Positions 50,701-63,912 are shown, counted from the whole stretch's first letter. The stretch: 63,946 nucleotides of DNA, filler included, from Octopus bimaculoides (GCF_001194135.2; 7 parts of 6 records of this genome joined end to end with filler, not necessarily neighbours in it), one strand, 5' to 3'. A program made the numbers and translations. Notes: generated by a model from the letters alone, not told the origin.

Positions 50701-52071
50701 ATTTAAATGATAGCATACTTTTTAGGAAAGGCATAATCAATTCAGTCAATTGTTACATTTAAGGGATACTTATTTCATCAGTCTTAAGAGAAATAATGAA
50801 ACTACAAATTTGATACTCGTTATTAATCATTAGATCATCAGATGAAATGCTTTGTGATATTTCTTCCATCTCTTTATGGTTTGAGTTCAAATTCCTCAGA
50901 GGTTGACTTTGCCTTTCATCCTTTTGGGGTTGATAAAATAAGTCCCAGGTTAGCCCTGGAGTCATTGTAATCAATTAACCCCTTACCCCACAATTTCAGG
51001 CCTTCTGCCTATAGTAGAAAGGATTATTATTTAAGGTGGTGAGTTGGCAGAATTGTTACCATTCTGAACAAAGGCGTAGGAGTGGCTGTGTGGTAAGTAG
51101 TTTGCTTATGAACCACATGTTTCCGGGTTCAGTCCCACTGCGTGGCACCTTGGGCAAGTGTCTTCTACTATAGCCTCGGGCCTGATTAAAGCCTTATGAG
51201 TGGATTTGGTAGACGGAAACTGAAAGAAGCCTGTCGTATATATATATATATATATATNNNNNNNNNNNNNNNNNNNNNNNNNNNNNNNNNNNNNNNNNNN
51301 NNNNNNNNNNNNNNNNNNNNNNNNNNNNNNNNNNNNNNNNNNNNNNNNNNNNNNNNNNNNNNNNNNNNNNNNNNNNNNNNNNNNNNNNNNNNNNNNNNNN
51401 NNNNNNNNNNNNNNNNNNNNNNNNNNNNNNNNNNNNNNNNNNNNNNNNNNNNNNNNNNNNNNNNNNNNNNNNNNNNNNNNNNNNNNNNNNNNNNNNNNNN
51501 NNNNNNNNNNNNNNNNNNNNNNNNNNNNNNNNNNNNNNNNNNNNNNNNNNNNNNNNNNNNNNNNNNNNNNNNNNNNNNNNNNNNNNNNNNNNNNNNNNNN
51601 NNNNNNNNNNNNNNNNNNNNNNNNNNNNNNNNNNNNNNNNNNNNNNNNNNNNNNNNNNNNNNNNNNNNNNNNNNNNGAGCTGACAGAATCGTTATTGTCC
51701 AGGACGGAATGCTTAGTGACATTCGATCCAGCTTTTTCCCTATTCTGATTTCAAATAACACCAAGAGTCGACTTTGTGTTTCATCTTTTTAGGATCTAAA
51801 AAATTTGTACCAGTTAAGCACTTTGCCTTGCCCACCCCTCAAAAGTGCTGTCTTTGTGTCAAAATTGGAAAGAGTTATTATTATAAGGTGGCAAGGGGGT
51901 TATATTGTTTGAGCATCATAAAAAAAAAAAAATTCCTAGTATTTCTTTTATATGTTTACATTTTGAGTTCAAATCCTTTGACTTTCATCAAGTAATGGGG
52001 TCAGTGATGTTGACTAAACCTCTCCCCTCGAATTTTCCAACCATGTGCCTAAATCAGAAGTCATTACTATT

Positions 52072-52102
<31 letters not shown>

Positions 52103-52320
52103 AGGTGGCAAGCAGGCAGAGTCGTTAGCATGCCAGGCAAAATGCTTGTGGCATTTCATCTGTTTTTGTGTTCTGAGTTCAAATTCCACCAAGGTCGACT
52201 TTACCTTTCATCCTTTTGGGGTTGATAAATTAAGTACCAGTGAAACACTGGAGTCAATGTAATCAACTAGTCCCCTCCCCCACCAAATTTCAGGCCTTGT
52301 GCCTTTAGTAGAAAGGACTA
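49995..52320. mobile_element. Cluster of about 8 SINE-B copies (3 minus then about 5 plus) with one SINE-A head inserted
   Basis: Minus copies at about 49995-50215, 50225-50400 and 50420-50625; plus copies at about 50800-51025, 51031-51070, 51677-51880, 51888-52060 and 52102-52320. Confidence 0.75.
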
Positions 52321-52389
52321 TTATTATTATTATTATTATCATTATCATCATCATTATTATTATTATCATCATCATCATCATCATCATCA

Positions 52390-52459
<70 letters not shown>

Positions 52460-52559
52460 NNNNNNNNNNNNNNNNNNNNNNNNNNNNNNNNNNNNNNNNN
52501 NNNTTAATTAATTAANNNNNNNNNNNNNNNNNNNNNNNNNNNNNNNNNNNNNNNNNNNN

Positions 52560-55500
52560 AGTAGGAGCTATTTTATACATTTCCAGACATTTCCTAATCC
52601 AGCTACGTGGTAGGCTATCAAAGGCCTTTTTATAGTCTATCCAGGCTATTGACAAGTTTTTGTGTCGCTTGTGACAATCTTCTAAGATCATCTTATTGAT
52701 GAGTAACCGATCTTTACAACTATAAGATCCACGTTTACATCCCTTTTGCTCATTAGGGAATATGCTACCTTCTATTAAAAAGCTATAGGTGTACTCGGTT
52801 AGGACAGATGTTAGCGTCTTATACCTTGTTGTTAAGCAGGTTATGGGTCGATAATTTTGGTTCGTTTGTTTCCTCATTTTTTGGAAGCAGGAATGTTAAA
52901 CCATTAACTAGCCAAGACGGCATCAAACTAGGATTTTGCAAAACATCGTTGTAAAGTTTTGTTAGCGGTTCATGGCTCTCTGGGAAGGCATTCAACCAGA
53001 AGTTAGGAATTTTAACCTTTCCTGGAGCCTTCCATTTGCTTGACCTCCTGAGAGCGGATCTTATATCTTCTACCTTGACCCCCTCCCACTTTTGCTCCTC
53101 TAAGGAGTCTAGGTCTGTAGATATTCTATCAATCCAAGGGGCCTTTTCATTGTGTGTTTTATCTTCTGNNNNNNNNNNNNNNNNNNNNNNNNNNNNNNNN
53201 NNNNNNNNNNNNNNNNNNNNNNNNNNNNNNNNNNNNNNNNNNNNNNNNNNNNNNNNNNNNNNNNNNNNNNNNNNNNNNNNNNNNNNNNNNNNNNNNNNNN
53301 NNNNNNNNNNNNNNNNNNNNNNNNNNNNNNNNNNNNNNNNNNNNNNNNNNNNNNNNNNNNNNNNNNNNNNNNNNNNNNNNNNNNNNNNNNNNNNNNNNNN
53401 NNNNNNNNNNNNNNNNNNNNNNNNNNNNNNNNNNNNNNNNNNNNNNNNNNNNNNNNNNNNNNNNNNNNNNNNNNNNNNNNNNNNNNNNNNNNNNNNNNNN
53501 NNNNNNNNNNNNNNNNNNNNNNNNNNNNNNNNNNNNNNNNNNNNNNNNNNNNNNNNNNNNNNNNNNNNNNNNNNNNNNNNNNNNNNNNNNNNNNNNNNNN
53601 NNNNNNNNNNNNNNNNNNNNNNNNNNNNNNNNNNNNNNNNNNNNNNNNNNNNNNNNNNNNNNNNNNNNNNNNNNNNNNNNNNNNNNNNNNNNNNNNNNNN
53701 NNNNNNNNNNNNNNNNNNNNNNNNNNNNNNNNNNNNNNNNNNNNNNNNNNNNNNNNNNNNNNNNNNNNNNNNNNNNNNNNNNNNNNNNNNNNNNNNNNNN
53801 NNNNNNNNNNNNNNNNNNNNNNNNNNNNNNNNNNACTGCTTTCTTTAATTTTCAGCCATTCAATCATGATTTGATTTTTTAGATCATGTAGTTCTGTTGC
53901 GTCGATTTCTGTATGACTTTCTTCATCTATTTGGTTTTCACCTGCCTTAGTGTTTATGGTTGGTTCAGAGAGTATTTCACTTTGCCTATCAGTTATCTTA
54001 ACTCTTTCAATCGTTACTGTATTTTCATCAGCCTTGGGCTGGTTTATAATTATTTCCTCTGTAGTATATTCTTTAGCTGCAGTTTCATTCTTTTTATCCC
54101 TTACTGCTTGTTTAATTTGGTCAATCTCTACTTCATTTAGTAATATTTTTTTTTCATAATGTTTCTTCTGACGTTTGCAAGTTTGTTACTGTCTATGTAG
54201 GGTCTTACTTCAAGGTGTTTCTGTCTCCAGTTTAAGTAGGTTTGTAGGGAAATATATGGCATGGTAGAAGGCTGTAAGAACTTTTTTACTATCTTCCCTA
54301 GACCGTTTTTCATTCTTTTTCTTTTGTTTATTTGATGACGAGCATGGATGGCCATCTGTTGGAATATTCCAGTTGTGGGGTACTTCCAGCTCCTGTGTGT
54401 CGGGAAGATCTGAACCAGTAGCAGATTTCTCGTCTCGGATCTGGTTCATTATCCGAGTAAGTGGTCCTTTATAATCCGGTCGATGACCATTCCGGTTTGT
54501 ATTTTGTTTTATTAACAGTGTGGGATAACAAGCTTCGACATTGACGCTAAGGGACGGATCTGTCTGTTTGGGGTAAATATTTTGAGACAACACCGTCTCC
54601 AAGCTCTCGTGATGTAGCTTCTTAAGGCTAGCAGATCTATATCGAGTAAGTGGCCCTTTGTGATTCGGTCGACGACCAATCTGGTTTGTGATCTGCTTTG
54701 TTATCATTGAGGCATGACGAGCTTTGGCGTTGACATTAGGGGACGGATTTGTCTGTTTAGGGTCAGTTTTNNNNNNNNNNNNNNNNNNNNNNNNNNNNNN
54801 NNNNNNNNNNNNNNNNNNNNNNNNNNNNNNNNNNNNNNNNNNNNNNNNNNNNNNNNNNNNNNNNNNNNNNNNNNNNNNNNNNNNNNNNNNNNNNNNNNNN
54901 NNNNNNNNNNNNNNNNNNNNNNNNNNNNNNNNNNNNNNNNNNNNNNNNNNNNNNNNNNNNNNNNNNNNNNNNNNNNNNNNNNNNNNNNNNNNNNNNNNNN
55001 NNNNNNNNNNNNNNNNNNNNNNNNNNNNNNNNNNNNNNNNNNNNNNNNNNNNNNNNNNNNNNNNNNNNNNNNNNNNNNNNNNNNNNNNNNNNNNNNNNNN
55101 NNNNNNNNNNNNNNNNNNNNNNNNNNNNNNNNNNNNNNNNNNNNNNNNNNNNNNNNNNNNNNNNNNNNNNNNNNNNNNNNNNNNNNNNNNNNNNNNNNNN
55201 NNNNNNNNNNNNNNNNNNNNNNNNNNNNNNNNNNNNNNNNNNNNNNNNNNNNNNNNNNNNNNNNNNNNNNNNNNNNNNNNNNNNNNNNNNNNNNNNNNNN
55301 NNNNNNNNNNNNNNNNNNNNNNNNNNNNNNNNNNNNNNNNNNNNNNNNNNNNNNNNNNNNNNNNNNNNNNNNNNNNNNNNNNNNNNNNNNNNNNNNNNNN
55401 NNNNNNNNNNNNNNNNNNNNNNNNNNNNNNNNNNNNNNNNNNNNNNNNNNNNNNNNNNNNNNNNNNNNNNNNNNNNNNAATATATCTTCGTTAAAAGACC

Positions 55501-55626
55501 GCTTCCTTCAAATCTTCCACCGGTTCTTTTGCCTAATTCCATCGATGTTATTGGATTAGATTTGTTTTTGTATAGGGAGCCCGGTGTAGCACATACATGT
55601 TGTTATTCAGCCCGATGCTTTATTCC
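52560..55626 (-). mobile_element. R4/Dong-like non-LTR retrotransposon, 5' part (N-terminus to RT), gapped
   Basis: RPYIDSNKLANVRRNIMK; KIPNFWLNAFP; NYRPITCLTT.YKTLT...EQKGCKRGSYSCKD.LLINKMI...WIDYKKAFDSLP.SWI; 5' end abuts (TTA)n at 55627. Confidence 0.9.
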
Positions 55627-55694
<68 letters not shown>

Positions 55695-55708
55695 GCTANN
55701 NNNNNNNN

Positions 55709-55771
<63 letters not shown>

Positions 55772-55775
<4 letters not shown>

Positions 55776-57760
55776 CTTTGACTTTTGCCTTGTATGTGTA
55801 CAAGTTGGCTCCAAGTTTCACTCAGAGGCGTCAAGAGACAATAAGTTAGAATTTCATGCTGGTGTTATGCTTGAAATGTCATATATTTGGTTTTGCAAAT
55901 GGTATTGTTTTAGAGAATGTTTATCAAAACACAAGAAAATTATGAGTTTGTTCTAAAATTTGAGATGACATCGACACTATCTTACGTAGGGTATGGGCAG
56001 TTCTCATGAGCATTATCTTTTGAATTTCTGCAATTTGGGGGTTTCCTGGTATCTGAGCTAGGTAGGAATCAGCCACTTTTGCTATCATTCCTAGGGCACC
56101 TTTAAAAACAGCTATTGTTTTAGTCTTGATCTTCCATATTTTGCCAATTTCTATTTCAAGATCTTTATATATGCTTAGTTTTTGGTGGAGACATAAATGA
56201 CTGAGACATTTATGTCGATTGGGATAGTCATGTTAATGAAAAGGCATGATTTTTGTCTGAAGTGTTTCAATATAATGTCTGGCCTATTCGCATCTATCTT
56301 TATGTCAGTTTGGATGGTGAGGTTCCAAAGGAGTGGAATGTGACCATTTTCAAGCACTGGAGATGGATCATGTTCCCACCAATCTTTATCATGGGTCAGG
56401 ACCAGGTTTTTGCAAATTATCCAGTGAATATATTATGCTGCACTATCATGCCCGTTGAGATATTCTGTAGGCGCAAGAAGACTGCACGTGGAGAAACCAT
56501 GATCAATGGTTTCATTTTGTTCTTTTCATACACGGTGTTACTGCCGATCTTTAATATGTTGGCCTGCTACTTTCTTGTAGGGAGGCCTTGATCTTGAGCT
56601 GCTATGATAAACCTTTCTGTTTCTGATTTTAAGCCTGAAGACACTAACCATTGATGGGTAAGGGCTTTGTTAACATCGACACTATTTTCATCTGCATTAG
56701 TGTTTATGGTCGGTTCAGAGAGTTTTTTACTTTGCTTATCAGTTACATTAACTCTTCCAATCATTATTGCATTTTCATCAGACCTGGTTTGGTCTATAAT
56801 TATTTCCTCTGTAGTTTGTTCCATTTATCTTCCTTGTTCCATTTATCCCTTACTGATTGTTTAATTTGGTCAATCTCTAATTCAGTTAGTTATTTCTTTT
56901 TCATAATGCTTCATCTAAAGTTCGCAAGTTTGTTTACTGTCTATGTAGGGTCTTACTTCAAGGTGTATCTGTCTTCAGTTGAAGTCGATTTGTACAGTAT
57001 TAGACAGCTCCTGTGTTTCGAGAAGATTTGAACCAGGAGCTGATTTTTCGTAGTACGTGGTCCTTGATGTTCCGGGTGACGGCTGATTCGGTTTGTATTT
57101 TGCTTTGTTGTCATTGAGGCATAACGAGCTTGGACATTGACATTAGGAGACGGATCTGTTTGTTTAAGGTTAATTTTATGAAACAACACAACCTCCGTTA
57201 TTTATGCATGAAAACATTGCTCGTAAATTAGCTTCTTAAGGCTAACAAATCTGTGTTCGTCTGTAGTTTTTTGTTGATATATTTATGGTGTTTTTAATCG
57301 TATTATTTGCGCACTCTCTCTGCGTTAGTTTGAAAAATAAAAGACATTTTCTTGGTTTTGCTTCGTTTGTGACACGTATTTTTATATGTGTGTAAGTGTC
57401 TCCTGTAAATTTCACGTAGTTGTGTAAACATTGGGATGTATGTGTAGTCCTATGGGTTGAAGATGTAGATATGACTGTGTGGATATTCTAGTGTATGCGT
57501 TATTATTCAATTTATGTACTTACTGTTCTGTTCCATTTATATTTTATAATTTGTAAATATTCCGATATTGATTTCATGGGTGTTTCACACGTTTCACTGA
57601 GACACCGTGCATAAGAGAAATTGTGCTTTGTATGGCAGTAAAATTTCGTTTTTGTGATTATTTTCGTTAAAAGGCCATTTCCTTTAACTCTTCTACACGT
57701 TCCTTTATTCCATTCCACCGATGTTATTAGATCAGATTTATTTTTGGTGTAGATCTCCTC
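55772..57760 (-). mobile_element. R4/Dong-like element with internal deletion of the RT domain
   Basis: N-terminal region (homologous to 53835-54770) joined in frame at about 56680 to THQWLVSSGLKSETERFIIAAQDQ, then ETIDH..STC...EYLNGHD and NRPDII...IPID RLE; 3' UTR ends in (TAA)n. Confidence 0.85.
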
Positions 57761-57762
57761 TT

Positions 57763-57813
<51 letters not shown>

Positions 57814-57816
<3 letters not shown>

Positions 57817-58337
57817 GCCATAACTGAAGACAGCCGCAGAAAGAAGAAAGGTCTCAGTATGGCCTGGGTGGACTACCAAAAGGCTTTCGACAGTGTTCCC
57901 CGCACGTGGATTCTAGAAACGCTAGCCATAAACAAGGTGGCACCAATTATTATAAAATACATAAGACACTCAATGAACAAATGGCAGACAGTGCTACAGC
58001 TCCAAACAAAAGAGGGACTTGTGAAAACGAAAGCCATCCCCATTCGAAGAGGAATATTCCAGGGAGACACGCTCTTTCCACTACTGTTTTGCCTGGAACT
58101 CACACCTTTAACAGAATTGCTAAATAGAACTGGATGCGGTTATAAATGCTACGGGAAAACAGTCAGCCACCTTTTATACATGGATGACCTAAAATTATAC
58201 GAAAAAATGACAAAGAACTAGAAACACTACTACAGACAGTACATGGCTTTACCAAGGAAATAGATATGAAATTCGGATTAGAAAAATGTGCCAAAGCAAC
58301 CCTGAAAAGAGGAAAATTAGTTAAAAGTAGCAATATA
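57814..58337 (+). mobile_element. R4/Dong-like RT fragment, 5'-truncated, directly after (TAA)n
   Basis: LSMAWVDYQKAFDSVP..WI...IRRGIFQGDTLFPLLFC...HLLYMDDLKLY...GMKFGLEKC. Confidence 0.92.
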
Positions 58338-58907
58338 ACACTAGATAAAGCCAATGANNNNNNNNNNNNNNNNNNNNNNNNNNNNNNNNNNNNNNNNNNN
58401 NTTAATTAATTAANNNNNNNNNNNNNNNNNNNNNNNNNNNNNNNNNNNNNNNNNNNNCAGAATAGTTTGATTAAACTTCATCTCGGGGGAAATTTCATCA
58501 GTGTCAAGTTAAATAATTATAGTCATTCATATAACTCTAGGTGTAGGTATGGTTGTGAGGTTAAGAAACGCGCTTAACAATCACGTTTCCGACTCAGTTA
58601 TACAGCGCCGTACATTGGGCAAATGTCTTATTCTATAATCCCAGGCCGACCAGTTAATTCCTTTAGTGAATTTGGTTGACAGGAATCTTTGTGGGGCGGA
58701 GGGGGGGGCTAAGTGGTTAGGGGGGCTAATACATATAATAAACAGTTAACAATAGGTACAGTGTATTTGTCATTATTGAAATGAGCAGAAAAGAATAGAA
58801 GCAAACATGAGGCTGTGAGAGAAGTACAACTTATTAAAATGAATTGGGTATAGGAAGGGGAAATAAGCCACAAACTTCCCGTGATGTAATCCAGGTGGAT
58901 AGAAAGA

Positions 58908-58947
<40 letters not shown>

Positions 58948-60238
58948 TAGATAGATAGAGAGAGAGAGAGAGAAAGAGAGAGGGATGGAGAGGGAGCGAT
59001 ATGGGTTGAGGGGTCCGTTCGAGGGATAAATATATATAACTCGTTAAAATAAACGAATCCGCAAGGTTTCAAAGTATTCTCCGCATAATTATAACCTGGT
59101 CACTAACATGGTTCCACTGTGGTTCCTTGAAAGTTTATCAATGAGATTATCAATTCTGAATTACAAACTGTGGAAATGTGTCAGTAACTAGGACGCAGAT
59201 GTGCGACGAAAATATTGATACTTGATGGAATAACTTAAAATTTTAAGTGAATTTAACAAGCTTTGTGTTATTAAAAGATTAGAATTGCTATGGGCATATG
59301 GTTATATATATATATATNNNNNNNNNNNNNNNNNNNNNNNNNNNNNNNNNNNNNNNNNNNNNNNNNNNNNNNNNNNNNNNNNNNNNNNNNNNNNNNNNNN
59401 NNNNNNNNNNNNNNNNNNNNNNNNNNNNNNNNNNNNNNNNNNNNNNNNNNNNNNNNNNNNNNNNNNNNNNNNNNNNNNNNNNNNNNNNNNNNNNNNNNNN
59501 NNNNNNNNNNNNNNNNNNNNNNNNNNNNNNNNNNNNNNNNNNNNNNNNNNNNNNNNNNNNNNNNNNNNNNNNNNNNNNNNNNNNNNNNNNNNNNNNNNNN
59601 NNNNNNNNNNNNNNNNNNNNNNNNNNNNNNNNNNNNNNNNNNNNNNNNNNNNNNNNNNNNNNNNNNNNNNNNNNNNNNNNNNNNNNNNNNNNNNNNNNNN
59701 NNNNNNNNNNNNNNNNNNNNNNNNNNNNNNNNNNNNNNNNNNNNNNNNNNNNNNNNNNNNNNNNNNNNNNNNNNNNNNNNNNNNNNNNNNNNNNNNNNNN
59801 NNNNNNNNNNNNNNNNNNNNNNNNNNNNNNNNNNNNNNNNNNNNNNNNNNNNNNNNNNNNNNNNNNNNNNNNNNNNNNNNNNNNNNNNNNNNNNNNNNNN
59901 NNNNNNNNNNNNNNNNNNNNNNNNNNNNNNNNNNNNNNNNNNNNNNNNNNNNNNNNNNNNNNNNNNNNNNNNNNNNNNNNNNNNNNNNNNNNNNNNNNNN
60001 NNNNNNNNNNNNNNNNNNNNNNNNNNNNNNNNNNNNNNNNNNNNNNNNNNNNNNNNNNNNNNNNNNNNNNNNNNNNNNNNNNNNNNNNNNNNNNNNNNNN
60101 NNNNNNNNNNNNNNNNNNNNNNNNNNNNNNNNNNNNNNNNNNNNNNNNNNNNNNNNNNNNNNNNNNNNNNNNNNNNNNNNNNNNNNNNNNNNNNNNNNNN
60201 NNNNNNNNNNNNNNNNNNNNNNNNNNNNNNNNNNNNNN

Positions 60239-60980
60239 TCTCTCTCTCTCTCTCCCGACCCATTTCTCTCCACTGTCTCCACCTGACCCTTTCTTCACTC
60301 TTTCTTTCTCTTTCTCATCTTCTCTCCTTCTCTCTCTTTGAATTAACTTCCTTCTCTCTCCTCTCTCTCTCTCTCTGTCTACACTCAACCTCTCTCTCTC
60401 TGTCTACACTCAACCTCTCTCTCACGTGCGCCCTCTCTGTTTCTCTTATTAACCACGTCTCTGGCTGTCCCCTCTCTTTCACACATACACCCTCCCCCTC
60501 TGTTTCTTTGTCTCTTTCCTTGTGTCTCTCTGTATCTCTTTCTGTTTCTCTCTCTACCTTTCTCCTGAACCACCTCTAGTTCCCCCTCCTCCAGCCGCTA
60601 CCCTCTCGTCTCACCATACGTTCGTTTCTCCTCCCCTTCCTCTTACACCTATGCAATCGCTCTACGACGGCTCCCCCACCCCGCAATTTGACAAGTCAAA
60701 CCAAAACCGTGTCTTCCGTTATCGTCGCACATCATCATCATCATCACCACCATCATCATCACCACCATCATCATCATCATCATCATCACCACCATCATCA
60801 TCATCATCATCATCATCTTCATCATCATCATCAACATCACCATCGTCGTTCTAGTCGGCGTAGTCGTCGCTTCCACCACCGTTGTCGTAATACCAATCAC
60901 AGCTAGCACGGCAAACACTGACACCACCACCACCACCACCACCACCACCAACGCCACCACCACCACCACCACCACCAAAT
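60239..60980. repeat. Compound (CT)n / (CAT)n / (CAC)n low-complexity tract
   Basis: Direct reading; source of the spurious poly-S, poly-H and poly-M ORFs. Confidence 0.9.
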
Positions 60981-61890
60981 AACCGCCATCATTAATAAAA
61001 CGANNNNNNNNNNNNNNNNNNNNNNNNNNNNNNNNNNNNNNNNNNNNNNNNNNNNNNNNNNNNNNNNNNNNNNNNNNNNNNNNNNNNNNNNNNNNNNNNN
61101 NNNNNNNNNNNNNNNNNNNNNNNNNNNNNNNNNNNNNNNNNNNNNNNNNNNNNNNNNNNNNNNNNNNNNNNNNNNNNNNNNNNNNNNNNNNNNNNNNNNN
61201 NNNNNNNNNNNNNNNNNNNNNNNNNNNNNNNNNNNNNNNNNNNNNNNNNNNNNNNNNNNNNNNNNNNNNNNNNNNNNNNNNNNNNNNNNNNNNNNNNNNN
61301 NNNNNNNNNNNNNNNNNNNNNNNNNNNNNNNNNNNNNNNNNNNNNNNNNNNNNNNNNNNNNNNNNNNNNNNNNNNNNNNNNNNNNNNNNNNNNNNNNNNN
61401 NNNNNNNNNNNNNNNNNNNNNNNNNNNNNNNNNNNNNNNNNNNNNNNNNNNNNNNNNNNNNNNNNNNNNNNNNNNNNNNNNNNNNNNNNNNNNNNNNNNN
61501 NNNNNNNNNNNNNNNNNNNNNNNNNNNNNNNNNNNNNNNNNNNNNNNNNNNNNNNNNNNNNNNNNNNNNNNNNNNNNNNNNNNNNNNNNNNNNNNNNNNN
61601 NNNNNNNNNNNNNNNNNNNNNNNNNNNNNNNNNNNNNNNNNNNNNNNNNNNNNNNNNNNNNNNNNNNNNNNNNNNNNNNNNNNNNNNNNNNNNNNNNNNN
61701 NNNNNNNNNNNNNNNNNNNNNNNNNNNNNNNNNNNNNNNNNNNNNNNNNNNNNNNNNNNNNNNNNNNNNNNNNNNNNNNNNNNNNNNNNNNNNNNNNNNN
61801 NNNNNNNNNNNNNNNNNNNNNNNNNNNNNNNNNNNNNNNNNNNNNNNNNNNNNNNNNNNNNNNNNNNNNNNNNNNNNNNNNNNNNNNNNN

Positions 61891-62225
61891 CGGACCGACC
61901 AAAGCTTTGTGAGTGGATTCGATAGACAGAAACTGAAAGAAGCCTGTCGTATATATGTGTGTGTTTGTGTGTGTGGTGCGTGTGTGTGTGTGTGTGTGTA
62001 TGTGTGTGTTTGTGTGTGTGTGTGTTTGTGTGTCTGTGTCTGTACCACCACCATCGCTTGATAACCGATGTTTGTGTGTTTACGTCCCCGTAACTTAGCG
62101 GTTCGGCAAAAGCGACAGATAGAATAAGTACTAGGCTTACAAAGAATGAGTCATAGGGTCGATTTGTTCGACTGAAGGCGGTGCTCCAGCATGGCCGCAG
62201 TCAAATGACTGGAACAAATGAAAGA
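61891..62225 (+). mobile_element. SINE family A
   Basis: Body and tail near consensus with CpGs intact. Confidence 0.85.
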
Positions 62226-62239
62226 ATATATATTGTTAG

Positions 62240-62400
62240 TTCGCAAATAACACACAGGATATGCTCACCGTTTCACCGTGATACAGAGTTGATGCCGTGC
62301 GCAGTGCTCCGGTGGGAGCCCCTACGCGGACACACTAGAAGAGGGACACCGCTGGACATGGCAGCGATAATGAGGGACAAACACCACTAGAAAGAACTCG
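62240..62400 (+). mobile_element. RTE-like C-terminal fragment
   Basis: AVLRWEPLRGHTRRG resembles RTE VLLWEPxHGxRxRGRP. Confidence 0.45.
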
Positions 62401-62618
62401 TCCATAGGTCTCGGGAATTTTATCCGCACTAGAAGATACACACACACACACACACACGCACATACATAGACATATGCATACATATATATATATATATGTA
62501 TGTATGTCTATATATATANNNNNNNNNNNNNNNNNNNNNNNNNNNNNNNNNNNNNNNNNNNNTTAATTAATTAANNNNNNNNNNNNNNNNNNNNNNNNNN
62601 NNNNNNNNNNNNNNNNNN

Positions 62619-62790
62619 CCCCCCCGTCCAGGACAATTCACCCCGATAGCAATAACCCCTTAGGACAATTACCCGCCTTGGTTAATTACTCCCTCTCCAA
62701 TATATTAAGAACTTTTAAATCATCATCTGTTGTCCTCAAGGATAAATGCTCTTGGGGAAGGGGCTATTGTCTATGGAGGTAAAGGTTCTT
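62619..62790. mobile_element. Small inverted-repeat element with repeated GGACAATT motifs
   Basis: ccaggacaattcacccc...taggacaattacccgcc on the left, ggggctattgtcta on the right; left end in a gap. Confidence 0.35.
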
Positions 62791-62950
62791 GACTCGGTGG
62801 AGGACACCGAAGATGCTACGCAGTGGGACTGAACCCAGAATCATCTGCTTACGAAACAAACTTCTTACTACACAAATATATGGGTGTGTATATATATATA
62901 CATACATACATACAAACATACATACATACATACATACTTCATCTCATACA

Positions 62951-62983
<33 letters not shown>

Positions 62984-63694
62984 GTGTGTGTGAGTGTGTG
63001 TATATATGTACACACACATAACATACGTGCCTATTTCTTTGTAAGTTTAAACCTACGCACACCTCTTCAATCAATTGTAACAATGTAATAATGTTATTTT
63101 AATTCCTGACTGCTGGATGTGGGAGTAAGTAATCCTTGCTTAGTTGATTACTCAATCAACACAGGTAAGTGATTAGTCAATAAATGAATCTATATATATA
63201 ACATTATCCGCATGACTCAACCGGGCAAACAGCGACGAACAAGAACGACACGTATATTAATATATTATGTATTTGAGAGAAAACAATAGCTGTATGTACA
63301 AGTTCTCAATAAAACACAATAACTGTAATAAAAAAATATATAATAAAAGAAAAATGTTGTTGCTTTGGCTATAATTCTAGGCTGGGTCACACCGGTCACT
63401 CATATATAGAAATACATTAAAAAATATATGTAATGATAATTAGCTTCCTCTCTCTCACTTACTCTCTCTCTCTCACTTACTCTCTCTCTCTCACTTACTC
63501 TCTCTCTCTCTCTCACTTTGTGTGTGTGCCTCTCTCTCACTCACACATGATATATATATATGTATGTATATGTATGTGTGTATGTGTGTGCATGTGCGTG
63601 TGTGTGTATGTCTGCGTGCATATGTGTGTTTGTATATATATAAATGTGTTTATGTGTTTGTGTGTATATATATATATATACGCATTACTCTTTA

Positions 63695-63895
63695 CTCTTT
63701 TATTTGTTTCAGTCATTTGACTGCAGCCATACTGGCACACCGCTTTTAGTCGAACAACTCGACCCTAAGACTTCTTCTTTGTAAGCCTAGTACTTATTCT
63801 ATCGGTTTTCTTTTGCCGGACCGCTAGGTTACAGGGACATAAACACACCAGGAACGGTTGTCAAGCGATGGTGGGGGGACAAACACAGACACACA
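63695..63895 (-). mobile_element. SINE family A tail
   Basis: Reverse complement of the conserved tail. Confidence 0.8.
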
Positions 63896-63912
63896 ATCAC
63901 ACGCGCGCGCAT

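Noticed and set aside
51075-51145. tRNA-like sequence with A and B boxes
   Set aside because: No acceptor stem or cloverleaf; it is the head of SINE family A, repeated many times
59271-62054. Long ORFs with poly-His, poly-Ser, poly-Met or RE repeats
   Set aside because: Made of N gaps and microsatellites
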